A stretch of DNA of 64,000 nucleotides. It comes from a candidate division WOR-3 bacterium. GTDB taxonomy: Bacteria > Hydrothermota > Tepidihabitantia > Tepidihabitantales > Tepidihabitantaceae. The stretch lies in assembly GCA_037441285.1 (NCBI GenBank), contig JBBISL010000006.1, positions 1 to 64,000 on the forward strand. The letters run 5' to 3'. Positions 20,836-30,240 of this stretch are shown piece by piece. The notes beneath the pieces are model-generated. The model saw nothing but the letters and a program-made list of their open reading frames with translations. It was not told where the DNA came from and searched no databases. The translations under genes and the position numbers were made by a program. The stretch's first letter is position 1; each line of letters starts with the position of its first letter.

Positions 20836-23163
20836 TTAATTCTTGATAATTACCTTGGTCGCCGGCATACTCTCACTGGTGACAAAGTAGATGCCGCTCG
20901 GTATACCACGGATATCATTCTCACCGGTTTTCAGTTTAAGCCTTTCTCTACCTGAAATATCAAAAAGGCGCGCCGGTGCCAAACTGGTTAGCGGTGCTGA
21001 GTTGCACACCACGGTCGCTTTTGTTATCATACATCCGGGGCTGGACACTCTTTCGGCAATCGCCTGCTGAAGGGGAAACCTCTCGCCCAATATTTCCCAG
21101 TTGTTACCCAGATAAGATTGCCAGACTGCAAAAAAACCCGCCTCAAGTGGACAGAGCCGGGGGTGCTGGCTCAGGGTACCGACAGCGGTAATGGGCAGAG
21201 AAGCCGACCAGGTTAACCCGCGGTCTGAACTGAACATCCCGTAAATTTCTGAACTACCCAGACGATAGTCAACCCAGACAACCGCTAAGGTATCGCCTTT
21301 GCACGAAATATGCGGTTGCCAAGCGTCCGCTCCGCTCTGCACAAGACAGGATGTGTCCCAGGTGGCGGTAACGGGATGGCGTCGACCATACATCACCCGC
21401 CAGACACCACCGCTATTTTCTTTCCGCGCCCAGACCACATGCACCATTCCTGAATCGTCCACCGCCAGTTCCGGGTCATAGTCATAAACCGGAGTGCCAT
21501 CCGGGTCCGAAACAACCCATTCGGTTGACCAGTTGATGCCGTCAAGTGATATATGGTATCCAATGTCCCAGTCCTCACCCCGAAACTCGCTGGCAACCAA
21601 ATGGTAAGCGGAATGGGCATCGACCAGCGCCAGGTGAATCGCCTTTCTTGTCGTAAGATTAACCGCTATGGTATCCCAGATTCCGTTCGGCACTCTTTGA
21701 TTGAAGTTGATGCCCTGGTTAGTTGCTTCCCAGCTAAACTTACCGCATTGCCACCAGGCAACAGCAAACCGGTTTGGGCTCACCGCCACGGCAGGGTAGT
21801 TTGAACCCATTGAAGAGTCAAACAACGATTGAGTTTGCCAGTTCGAGCCAGCGTCAATGCTTGAGGCAAGCCAGGGGTACCACAAAAATGTCGTATCCAT
21901 TCGCCGGGGTTCAATTGAATCAATGTAGTTTACTCTTTTTCCCCATCCAATTGCCCCAACCAGCACACTGTCCGCGGCGGCAATCCGGCAGAACCACATC
22001 TGACTGTCCGTGGCCGGGTAATCGAACAGGGTTATCGGTTCTGACCAAGTCACCCCCTCGTCGTTTGACCTGCTATAAAGTACCGCCCATTTGCCCGGGG
22101 TCTTGTCGGCCCAGACTAAATGGAGATTGCCCCGGCTATCACGGCATAGGTCCGGGTCACGGGAAAAACCCGGGGTGTGAGAGATGTTGAGGTGGAAAAG
22201 TGCGGCACCGTTGGTAGGAACAACTGGCACCGGTTGAAACCCATCGGCAAAGATTTCGCTCATCACTTCGCCTTCGGCGAAGGGCATCGGAAACCCGAGC
22301 AATCGGCTGATGGTAGGCGCAATGTCAATCTGGTCCCGGCTGATTTGGTCAACAGTTCGCCCGACCGCAACTCCCGGACCAAAGGCATAAAAAATAATAT
22401 GCCGGCAGCCGTGGTCCCATTCACCATGACCTTTGAAACTGCCGTGGGCATCGTCGTTCCGCCCGTGGTCCGATGTAACAATAAAAATCGTTTTGTTTCG
22501 ATAAAAAGTGTCATTATACGGTGGAATTGCCTGAATGTGCTTATAGAACTCATAGACAATTGAGTCGGCAATCCGAATCGCCTGAAGATAGCCGGCATAC
22601 TCACCCTGATGCCCGAAATGGTCAACATCACCGAGATTAACAAGTACCAGTCGGGGGTGAAGCGAATCCATTACCCGATTTACCAGCTTTGAGCAAATCG
22701 AATCAGCGGTTCCTCCAATGCTGTCCCTTATCTGAAATCCGCGGTAGTTTATACCGAATGCCGGCTCCAAACTGAAGTTACAGATTGACCCGCAGTTTCC
22801 CCATTTGCCAACAATCACCCCGCAGGCACTCTCCGGCGCGCCGAGAAACTTGCGATAGCACTCAAACATCAATGGGTCATAAGAACGGATCTCCTGTTCA
22901 TTACCCCCGTTATTGAGAATAATCTGCCGCACACCGGAAAGTATCGTCGTGTGCCCGGCGGTGGTCGCGGTCCAGCCCCGGTTATAAAAACGGGTGTTGA
23001 TTGTCCCCAGAGGCTTTAAATCGTTCCAGAGATGGGGAAGGTAGAGCGATTCTACCTCAAAACCCTCATTATTGCGCAGCCCGTCAATGACGACAATAAA
23101 CGCATTTTCCGGGGTCTGGGCAAAGGTTATATACGCTAAAAGAAGAACAACAAACCACCTCAT
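20836..23163 (-). CDS. Secreted alkaline-phosphatase-superfamily enzyme plus BNR propeller and T9SS-like tail
   Basis: IDGLR, TTAGHT, DHFGH and TSDHG metal motifs; SNDEGVTW, SIDAGSNW, SSDRGLTW; FDISGR..GIYF. Confidence 0.75.
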   Translation of the reverse strand: MRWFVVLLLAYITFAQTPENAFIVVIDGLRNNEGFEVESLYLPHLWNDLKPLGTINTRFYNRGWTATTAGHTTILSGVRQIILNNGGNEQEIRSYDPLMFECYRKFLGAPESACGVIVGKWGNCGSICNFSLEPAFGINYRGFQIRDSIGGTADSICSKLVNRVMDSLHPRLVLVNLGDVDHFGHQGEYAGYLQAIRIADSIVYEFYKHIQAIPPYNDTFYRNKTIFIVTSDHGRNDDAHGSFKGHGEWDHGCRHIIFYAFGPGVAVGRTVDQISRDQIDIAPTISRLLGFPMPFAEGEVMSEIFADGFQPVPVVPTNGAALFHLNISHTPGFSRDPDLCRDSRGNLHLVWADKTPGKWAVLYSRSNDEGVTWSEPITLFDYPATDSQMWFCRIAAADSVLVGAIGWGKRVNYIDSIEPRRMDTTFLWYPWLASSIDAGSNWQTQSLFDSSMGSNYPAVAVSPNRFAVAWWQCGKFSWEATNQGINFNQRVPNGIWDTIAVNLTTRKAIHLALVDAHSAYHLVASEFRGEDWDIGYHISLDGINWSTEWVVSDPDGTPVYDYDPELAVDDSGMVHVVWARKENSGGVWRVMYGRRHPVTATWDTSCLVQSGADAWQPHISCKGDTLAVVWVDYRLGSSEIYGMFSSDRGLTWSASLPITAVGTLSQHPRLCPLEAGFFAVWQSYLGNNWEILGERFPLQQAIAERVSSPGCMITKATVVCNSAPLTSLAPARLFDISGRERLKLKTGENDIRGIPSGIYFVTSESMPATKVIIKN

Positions 23164-23232
23164 GTTTTCTGAACGTAATGTCAAACCGGCGTCACCCCAA
23201 GAAAGCATCTACCCGGGGTCAAAAGATTTTTC

Positions 23233-23261
23233 TTGACAGGTGAACAATCGTTCACTATAAT
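23233..23261 (+). promoter_or_regulatory. Consensus sigma70 promoter with an SOS-box operator in the spacer
   Basis: TTGACA-17 nt-TATAAT; palindrome GTGAAC-AATC-GTTCAC at 23240-23255. Confidence 0.9.
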
Positions 23262-23268
23262 TGGGTTG

Positions 23269-23853
23269 ATGGCGGAGAAACTGGATTTAACTGAACGCAT
23301 CCGCCGGGTTCAGGAGTTTTATCTTGAGCACCAGCGGATGCCCTCTTATGCGGAAATCGCCCGGCTCCTCGACCTGCGCTCGAAAAATGCGGTATTCCGG
23401 CTCGTTGAGAAGTTGCGCCGCTTGAACATCCTCGACAAAGACGCCACGGGCCGACTTATTCCCAAGAACCTCGGTGCCCGTATCAAACTCCTTGGCACGG
23501 TTGAAGCGGGATTTCCCTCCCCTGCGGAAGAGGAGCTACTTGACCGGGTATCACTCGACCGCTGGCTTGTCACCAACTCCGCGGCAACATTTCTCCTCAA
23601 AGTAACTGGTGACTCGATGTCCGGTGCGGGCATTCTGCCCGGTGATACGGTGCTGGTTGACCGCGCCCTGACCCCGAAGAACGGCGACATCGTGATTGCC
23701 GAAGTGGATGGCGCCTGGACGATGAAGTTTTTTCATAAAGAAGGTGGTAAAATCGTCCTGCGTGCCGCCAACCCTCAATATCCACCAATTAAACCCCGCC
23801 GGGAACTGAAAATCGGCGGTGTCGTCACCGCGGTCATCAGGAAGTACCGATGA
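23269..23853 (+). CDS. lexA: LexA-family repressor with UmuD-like S24 peptidase domain
   Basis: LexA wHTH (PSYAEIARLLDLRS), AGFPSPA cleavage site, GDSM Ser, TMK Lys. Confidence 0.85.
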   Translation: MAEKLDLTERIRRVQEFYLEHQRMPSYAEIARLLDLRSKNAVFRLVEKLRRLNILDKDATGRLIPKNLGARIKLLGTVEAGFPSPAEEELLDRVSLDRWLVTNSAATFLLKVTGDSMSGAGILPGDTVLVDRALTPKNGDIVIAEVDGAWTMKFFHKEGGKIVLRAANPQYPPIKPRRELKIGGVVTAVIRKYR

Positions 23854-25094
23854 AAAATCTGCCCCTTCTCGTCCACGACTGGGACAACGCCATCCTCCAT
23901 ATTGACGCCGACGCCTTTTTTGCCGCTTGCGAACAGGCGACCAACCCCAGCCTTAAAGGCAAACCGGTTGTGGTCGGCAGGGAACGGGGCATCGTCACCG
24001 CGGCAAGTTATGAGGCAAAGCGCCGGGGCATCAGGCGCGGTATGCGCCTCAGTGAGGTAAAAAAGGTGTGCCCGGACGCGGTCCTCATCACCTCGGACTA
24101 CGAGAAGTACAGCCTGTTCTCGTTCCGCCTGATGGAAATCCTCTACCGCTTCTCACCGCTCGTTGAGCCCTATTCCATTGACGAGGCGTTTGTTGACCTC
24201 ACCGGCTTGCGCCGCCCCTTTCACGCCTCCTATCAGGAACTGGGCGCGCGGATAAAAAGCACCATCCGCAATGAACTGGGCATCTCGGTGTCGGTCGGCA
24301 TCAGCCTGACCAAAACCCTTGCCAAAATCGCCTCCCGGCACCAGAAGCCGGATGGCCTCACCGTAATTCCCGGCAGAGAGATTCACCACTACCTTTGCAC
24401 CCTGCCCGTCGGTGCAGTATGGGGCATCGGACCCAACACCGCTGCCTGGTGCGCCAAATTGGGGATTCACACCGCCCTTGACCTTGCCCGCAAACCCGCC
24501 GATTTCATCCAGCGCCACTTCTCCAAACCGTCTTACGAAATCTGGCAGGAGTTAAACGGCACCATCGTCTATCCGGTGAAACCCCAGCCCAAAACCACCT
24601 ACCTCTCCATCAGTAAAGCCCGTACCTTTCCGCCCACCAGCGACCGCCTGACCGTTCTTGCCCATCTCAGCACCAACCTTGAAGACGCCTGCTTCAAAGC
24701 CCGGCGCTACCAACTGGCACCCCGAAGACTGGTCCTGTTTCTCCGCACCCAGGAGTTCAAGGAGTGTGCGCTTGAGTTAAAGTTGAACACACCCAGCGCC
24801 TATCCACCGCTCCTCACCCCTTTCTTTGAGCAGGGGTTCAACCAGCTGTTCCAGAACGGGGTCTGGTATCGCCAGACCGGAGTAATCCTCACCCATCTTG
24901 TGCCGGTTAACCGGGTCCAGCCCAGCCTGTTTGACGACCCAATCCGGCTGGAAAAGATTGCCCGCCTTTATCAGGCGGTTGACCGGCTTAAGGTCCAGGA
25001 AGGTCTCTCCATCCTCACCGATGGCCTTGCCCCGGGCACCACTGCATCATCTCAGGAACGCCTCGCAATCCCGGTGTTCAAAATCCGGGTTTAA
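23850..25094 (+). CDS. dinB: Y-family DNA polymerase (Pol IV/UmuC-like)
   Basis: ILHIDADAFFA, ASYEAK, YSIDEAFVD, KTLAKIAS..KPDG; ATGA-coupled to lexA. Confidence 0.9.
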   Translation: MKNLPLLVHDWDNAILHIDADAFFAACEQATNPSLKGKPVVVGRERGIVTAASYEAKRRGIRRGMRLSEVKKVCPDAVLITSDYEKYSLFSFRLMEILYRFSPLVEPYSIDEAFVDLTGLRRPFHASYQELGARIKSTIRNELGISVSVGISLTKTLAKIASRHQKPDGLTVIPGREIHHYLCTLPVGAVWGIGPNTAAWCAKLGIHTALDLARKPADFIQRHFSKPSYEIWQELNGTIVYPVKPQPKTTYLSISKARTFPPTSDRLTVLAHLSTNLEDACFKARRYQLAPRRLVLFLRTQEFKECALELKLNTPSAYPPLLTPFFEQGFNQLFQNGVWYRQTGVILTHLVPVNRVQPSLFDDPIRLEKIARLYQAVDRLKVQEGLSILTDGLAPGTTASSQERLAIPVFKIRV

Positions 25095-25097
25095 CGC

Positions 25098-26717
25098 TCA
25101 ACCCGCCCGCAACCGCCGGATGTTGCGCACCGTCTCCTCAACCATAAAACCGGCAAGGAACAAAAGGGCAACCGCAATCACCCCCAAAGTGAACTTGTGC
25201 CCGGTGAAAAACTTTAGCGCCAGAAGCGCCAGCGCCCCGGTCGTCACAAGAAGCATAAATATCCCGGGGATTAAGGTGTAAAGGGTCGGCTTCCGCCGGC
25301 TGAAAAGCCAGGCGGTGACCACGAGCAGCGCCAGCGCCGCCACCAGTTGATTCGCCGCCCCGAAAACAGGCCAGATTGACTGCCAGGCACCAAACGCCAG
25401 ATAGGTTGCGAGCCCAATCACCACCAGCGTGTTGAAGAACATATTCTTCATCGGCTTAATCCCCAGCCGCTCGCCAAACAGCTCGGTGCCGATGTAGCGG
25501 GTGATTCTCGTCGCGGTGTCAAGGGTTGTGACGATAAAGGTCTTGAGCATCGTAATCCCGATGAACATCCCGAGCCCGCCCAGAATCGGCTGGGTGATTA
25601 CCCCGTAGCCCTTGCCAAACGCCACAATCCAGTTCCCAGCCCGGACCAGTTCGGGATAAACCATCCCCTGGGGACCACCAAACCAGTACAGCCCCGCAGT
25701 CACACAAACCACCGCCAGCACCGCCACCACCCCTTCGGTCAGCATTGCGCCGTAACCAATCTTCTTCGCATCCCCCTCCCGGTTCAACTGTTTGGATGTC
25801 GTACCGCTGGCAACGAGCGAATGGAACCCGGAAATTGCACCGCAGGCAACGGTCACGCAGAGCATCGGCAAAAGATACCCCTCACTACCCGAAAAACTGA
25901 CAAACGCCGGGGTTTGAATCGGCGGATGGGTTAATACCAGCCCCAGAAAACCAGCCACCATCCCGAAAAGCAGGACAAAAAACGACAGATAGTCCCGGGG
26001 CTGGAGGATGATGTTCACCGGCAGAACCGATGCGCTTCCGGCATAAAAAATCAAAAGCACGAGTAGCCAGCCGTGATAACTCCACCTTATCGGAAAGTGT
26101 AATCCGGCAACAATCAACAGGAAAAACAGCACCATCCCAATCACCGTCGCCACAATTGAATTGACCCGCCAGCGGTAGAGCATCAGCCCGACAAAAACCG
26201 CCAAAACAACAATCCCGAAGGTCGGCACGACAATCTCCGGTGTCGTCTGCAGCGTCTTTGCCGCGGAGGCGGCGAACACCGCAATCACCAGAATCAGACA
26301 CAGCCAGACAAAAAGTGAAAAAATCACCCGCACCCGGGTGCCGAGCAAACTCTCGGTTGTTTCGGCGATCGACTTACCATCGCTGCGCAAAGAGACCATC
26401 AAACTGGCAAAGTCGTGCACCCCGCCGACAAAGATTGAACCGATAAGAATCCAGAGCAGTGCCGGACCCCAGCCCCACACCGCACCGGCAATCACCGGAC
26501 CCAGAATCGGTCCGGCACCGGCGATTGAAGAAAAGTGATGGCCAAAAAGCACCAGCCAGTTCTTTGCCGGTACATAGTCAACCCCGTCATAACGGGTGTG
26601 CGCCGGTGTCTTATTCTGCGGATTCATATCAAACAGCCGTGCCAGAAGCCCACCGTAAAGTCGGTAGGCAAAAGCAAAAACCACAATCGCACCGAACATT
26701 AGAATCAGTGAACTCAC
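25098..26717 (-). CDS. cstA: Carbon starvation protein A (peptide/pyruvate transporter)
   Basis: DGVDYVP, GHHFSSIAGAGPILGP, ACGAISGFH, TTLDTATR, WPVFGAANQL. Confidence 0.95.
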   Translation of the reverse strand: MSSLILMFGAIVVFAFAYRLYGGLLARLFDMNPQNKTPAHTRYDGVDYVPAKNWLVLFGHHFSSIAGAGPILGPVIAGAVWGWGPALLWILIGSIFVGGVHDFASLMVSLRSDGKSIAETTESLLGTRVRVIFSLFVWLCLILVIAVFAASAAKTLQTTPEIVVPTFGIVVLAVFVGLMLYRWRVNSIVATVIGMVLFFLLIVAGLHFPIRWSYHGWLLVLLIFYAGSASVLPVNIILQPRDYLSFFVLLFGMVAGFLGLVLTHPPIQTPAFVSFSGSEGYLLPMLCVTVACGAISGFHSLVASGTTSKQLNREGDAKKIGYGAMLTEGVVAVLAVVCVTAGLYWFGGPQGMVYPELVRAGNWIVAFGKGYGVITQPILGGLGMFIGITMLKTFIVTTLDTATRITRYIGTELFGERLGIKPMKNMFFNTLVVIGLATYLAFGAWQSIWPVFGAANQLVAALALLVVTAWLFSRRKPTLYTLIPGIFMLLVTTGALALLALKFFTGHKFTLGVIAVALLFLAGFMVEETVRNIRRLRAG

Positions 26718-26928
26718 AATAGCCTCCTTATCCCTTATTTATAACCATCTTCCGAGTAATGTCAAGTGATAATAACCGTTACACCAAAATCTATCTTTTG
26801 TTGCCTCAACCGAAAAAACGCCGTGAATTTTTTGGGTTTTGGGGCTCTTAATGGTCGAAATGGAAATGCGCCATCTTTAGCGGCAGGGATGGCGCCCGAA
26901 AAATCCGCCGCAGAAAGGAGGTGATAAA

Positions 26929-27297
26929 ATGAGCGACCTGATGAAGCGCATCAATCGCTGGACGGTGAAGACCAGTCCGGATAAGGTGAAGGCAAATCTT
27001 GAGGAGCTGCGTCCCTCAATGCTCGCCAACACCCAGGCGGTATTCCCGGAACTGGTGCAGATGGAGACCGAGACGAAACAGGTCTTGGACGGTGAAGGCG
27101 TTTCGGTAATCCAGTACCCGTTCTATCTCGCCTTCGCCCGCGAGTTGTGGCGGAAGCGCCGGCAGGCAATCTCCGGCTCGTCCCTTGCCCGGGAGGCGCA
27201 GGTGCTGATTGCCAAGTGGGAAGCGCGCGGCTTAGCGGTTTCGGTGCTGGAGAAAATCCGGACTCAGGTGTTCGACATCGCGCCGTTCGGTCCGTAA
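26929..27297 (+). CDS. Small alpha-helical protein resembling the SIRV2-type (Adnaviria) major capsid protein
   Basis: Strong RBS AAGGAGGTGA and its own terminator; ungapped motif-level match to the rudivirus coat protein sequence as I recall it (see findings). Confidence 0.7.
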   Translation: MSDLMKRINRWTVKTSPDKVKANLEELRPSMLANTQAVFPELVQMETETKQVLDGEGVSVIQYPFYLAFARELWRKRRQAISGSSLAREAQVLIAKWEARGLAVSVLEKIRTQVFDIAPFGP

Positions 27298-27303
27298 CCA
27301 ACC

Positions 27304-27336
27304 GGCGGGTGGCTCCCTTGAGCCACCCGCCTTTTT
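27304..27336 (+). terminator. Rho-independent terminator
   Basis: GGCGGGTGGCTC-CCTT-GAGCCACCCGCC-TTTTT. Confidence 0.92.
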
Positions 27337-27375
27337 CATCTTGACCGGTCGCTTCTCGGCCACTATCTTTATTCT

Positions 27376-27741
27376 GTGAACACCGCACCTAAGTTGCTCA
27401 CTGCCGGTAAATGGGTGACAACCGACACTTTTACCGATGTTGTCAACCCCTATGACCACTCGGTTCTGGACAAGGTACCGGTCGCCTCCGGTGCCGAAGT
27501 TGCTGATTTCTTAAACGCTGCTGAAGCCGGCGCCGGGGTGTTTACCTCGGACTTCAGCCGGGCGTTTCAGGCGGCTGAGGAACTTGAGGTCGGCGCGGTT
27601 TACATCAACGACTCTGCCACCTTCCGGGTTGACCATCAGCCTTATGGTGGGGTTCGGAATTCAGGTCTGGGTCGTGAGGGTCCAAAATTCGCCATCCAGG
27701 AGATGACCGAAATCCGGTTTATCTCGTTTAACCTCGACTGA
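27376..27741 (+). pseudogene. Aldehyde dehydrogenase with a large in-frame internal deletion
   Basis: N-terminal GKWV..VVNPYD..VPVA joined directly to C-terminal AGVFT..INDS..PYGG..SGLGREG; no catalytic Cys/Glu region. Confidence 0.85.
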
Positions 27742-27743
27742 AA

Positions 27744-29135
27744 TTAAACCGGCTTGCCCAGAAATAGATAGGCGATGCCTAAATAAATCGCGGTGCCAAA
27801 GATGTCCGCCAGAGTGGTGATAAGCGGCGTGCTGGCGGTTGCCGGGTCGCGCTTTAACTTGGTGAAGATAAAGGGCAAAACGATGCCGATGGCGCAACCG
27901 ACAATCACATTTACGACCATCGCCAGAACCACCACCGGCGCAATCTTCAATCCGCCCCGGACAAACCCCATAATTGAGATGCCCAAGCCCATTGTCAAAC
28001 CCAGGCCCAGCGCCAGCAAAATCTCTCTGCCCAGAAGGAAAAGCCAGTCCCGCATTCGCACCGTGCCCACCGCCAGCGCCCGAATGACCAGTGTTGCCGA
28101 CTGGGAACCGGCGTTGCCCGCGGTGTCCACCAGTACCGGCAGAAATGTCATCAGGACCACATACTGGGCAAGGAGTTCGGAAAACCCCTGGATGATACCA
28201 CCGGTGATTAGGTCCATTATCAAAAGCGCCAGAAGCCACACCACCCGGCTGCGATAGAGCAGTTTCAGCGGCACCTCGCGCAGTTTGGTGATGAAGGTCA
28301 GGTCAATCTTACCCGGATGAATACCGGAAATCTTGGTGATGTCTTCGGTCTGCTCTTCCCGGACAACATCAAGGATGTCATCAATCGTCACAATCCCGAG
28401 CAGGACCCCATCGCTGTTCACCACCGGAAGCGCCAATAGGTCGTAGCGCTCGGCAACCCGTGCCGCCTCCTCCTGGTCCGCACTCACCTCAATCGAGATG
28501 AACTGATGGTCCATAATCGCCTCAATCTTCTCCTCGGGCGCGGCCAGGATGAGCCGGCGCAACGGGATGTCGTCAAGCAGCCGGTTTTGCTCGTCCACCA
28601 CATAAACGGTGTTAATCGTCTCGGCATCAACCCCGTGCTTGCGGATGTGCTCAAGCGCCTGTTTCACGGTCCAGTGGGAGAACACCGCAACATAGTCCGG
28701 GGTCAAGAGCCGGCCCACGCTGTTTTCCGGAAAGCCCAGTGCTAACAGCGTCTCCTTCCGGTCTTCGGGTGAAAGGAGGTTCAGTGCCCGCTGAATCACC
28801 GCCGGGGGCAAATCTTCAAACAGTTCGGTTCGGTCGTCCGGCGCCAGTTCCGCCATCAGGCTCCGGACCTGCTCATCGGATAAGTTTTTTATCAGGGTCA
28901 ACTGCTTGTCCGGGTCAAACTCGGCAAACACCTCGGACTGCAACTTCTGGGGCAACAGCCGGAAGATAACCACCTTGTCCGGGTCGGGTAAACTGGCAAT
29001 CAGGTCCGCGATGTCCGGTGCGGGCCACTCCGTCAGGGCGTCTTTAATCCCCTGCCAGTTTTTCTCCTCGAGCATCTCGCGGATTTCCGGCTCGAGCAGT
29101 TGCTTTAAGATATTAACTCTTTTTCTGACCGGCAT
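27744..29135 (-). CDS. mgtE: Magnesium transporter MgtE
   Basis: MgtE N-domain, CBS pair, GNAGSQSAT, DPA.AS.PLITTLAD. Confidence 0.95.
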   Translation of the reverse strand: MPVRKRVNILKQLLEPEIREMLEEKNWQGIKDALTEWPAPDIADLIASLPDPDKVVIFRLLPQKLQSEVFAEFDPDKQLTLIKNLSDEQVRSLMAELAPDDRTELFEDLPPAVIQRALNLLSPEDRKETLLALGFPENSVGRLLTPDYVAVFSHWTVKQALEHIRKHGVDAETINTVYVVDEQNRLLDDIPLRRLILAAPEEKIEAIMDHQFISIEVSADQEEAARVAERYDLLALPVVNSDGVLLGIVTIDDILDVVREEQTEDITKISGIHPGKIDLTFITKLREVPLKLLYRSRVVWLLALLIMDLITGGIIQGFSELLAQYVVLMTFLPVLVDTAGNAGSQSATLVIRALAVGTVRMRDWLFLLGREILLALGLGLTMGLGISIMGFVRGGLKIAPVVVLAMVVNVIVGCAIGIVLPFIFTKLKRDPATASTPLITTLADIFGTAIYLGIAYLFLGKPV

Positions 29136-29233
29136 ATTGCACCCGTCGCTATCTTACCGATTATTTCGTTTAAGGCAAGTTTTGCCCGTCGCACTTCTTG
29201 ACATTACCGATGGAAAGGGCAAAATTTCTTGTT

Positions 29234-29686
29234 ATGAGAGCACATCTTTATCTACCTTTTTTACCGGTTTTCATTTTTTTTGCCTGTGCCCGCCCGAGCA
29301 CCCAGAAGAGTTCCCAACCACCACTGCCACCCCAGGTAAAGGAGAGCGTCCCAGCGCCCGCTGCCACCCCCACCACAGAAAAGTCAACCCCGCCCGAGCG
29401 TACCACCGCTGCGGTGTCCTTCGCCCGCGATGTTTTGCCCATCCTGCGCAAACTTGCCCCGGACTGCCACACCGCCGAAGATATGGCGGGCAACTATGCG
29501 CTCAACTCTTATGAAGCGGTGATGGCACCTGGCACCGATTCCATCCCCAATGTGATTCCGGGCAATCCGGAAAAGAGTCTGCTTTACATCTATTTACAAA
29601 AGGGCCATCCGTTCGGGAAAAAGCCCGACTCAACCCAGTTGCGCATTATCCGGGACTGGATTCTCCAGGGCGCGAAAAACAACTGA
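29234..29686 (+). CDS. Lipoprotein with planctomycete-type cytochrome c-like domain (AxxCH)
   Basis: Lipobox FFAC, Pro-rich linker, VSFARDVLPIL..APDCH..VIPGNPEKSLL..IRDWILQGA. Confidence 0.65.
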   Translation: MRAHLYLPFLPVFIFFACARPSTQKSSQPPLPPQVKESVPAPAATPTTEKSTPPERTTAAVSFARDVLPILRKLAPDCHTAEDMAGNYALNSYEAVMAPGTDSIPNVIPGNPEKSLLYIYLQKGHPFGKKPDSTQLRIIRDWILQGAKNN

Positions 29687-29687
29687 G

Positions 29688-30119
29688 GTGGAGAAAATGA
29701 ACCTTGAAGCAACTGTCCGCTGGACAACAGATATGCAGTTTCTTGGAGTCAGCGGCTCAAGCCACACCGTGGTAATGGACACCGGACCGGACCACGGCGG
29801 TGCCGACACCGCACCCACCCCGATGGAACTGGTCTTAATCGCATTAGCCGGCTGCACCGGGATGGATGTGGTCTCGCTGTTGAAAAAGATGCGGGTCAAC
29901 TTCACCCGGTTGGAAATGAAGGTTAAAGGTGAGCGCCGTGAGGAGCACCCGAAAATCTTTACCCGAATCGATTTAGTATACACCATCTACGGCAAAGATG
30001 TAAACGAAGATGCGGTCAAAAAGGCGATTGGACTCTCCCAGGAGAAGTACTGCTCGGTATCGGCACTAATCCGACCCGCCTGCCCGGTCAACTACACATA
30101 CCAGATTGTGCAGGAGTAA
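29688..30119 (+). CDS. OsmC/YhfA-family protein
   Basis: PMELVL.ALAGCTGMDV...EKYCSVS. Confidence 0.9.
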   Translation: MEKMNLEATVRWTTDMQFLGVSGSSHTVVMDTGPDHGGADTAPTPMELVLIALAGCTGMDVVSLLKKMRVNFTRLEMKVKGERREEHPKIFTRIDLVYTIYGKDVNEDAVKKAIGLSQEKYCSVSALIRPACPVNYTYQIVQE

Positions 30120-30149
30120 AAGATGACGGCGCCCGCACCGGCGCCGTCA
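30118..30149 (-). terminator. Terminator hairpin with its U-tract on the minus strand, possibly bidirectional
   Basis: Minus strand TGACGGCGC-CGGTGCGG-GCGCCGTCA-TCTTTT. Confidence 0.75.
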
Positions 30150-30240
30150 GGAGGTACGATGGTTCCTGTAACCGCTAAATTTTGTCGGGCTCGAGCGCTC
30201 AAATGTCAAAGAGAAATCTAAACTGTCCTCACCCGAAACC
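30118..30240 (-). ncRNA. Candidate small RNA (~120 nt)
   Basis: Minus-strand TTGACA(30274-30269)-16 nt-TAAAAT(30252-30247) promoter and a minus-strand terminator, with no convincing ORF between them. Confidence 0.45.

Noticed and set aside
26820..26856. ECF-sigma-like promoter (GTGAATTTTT..CTCTTA) for the capsid-like gene
   Set aside because: Too degenerate to support without TSS data.
25098..29135. Provirus around the capsid-like gene
   Set aside because: The flanks are cstA, an ALDH remnant and mgtE; no integrase, att repeats or other virus-like ORFs are visible.
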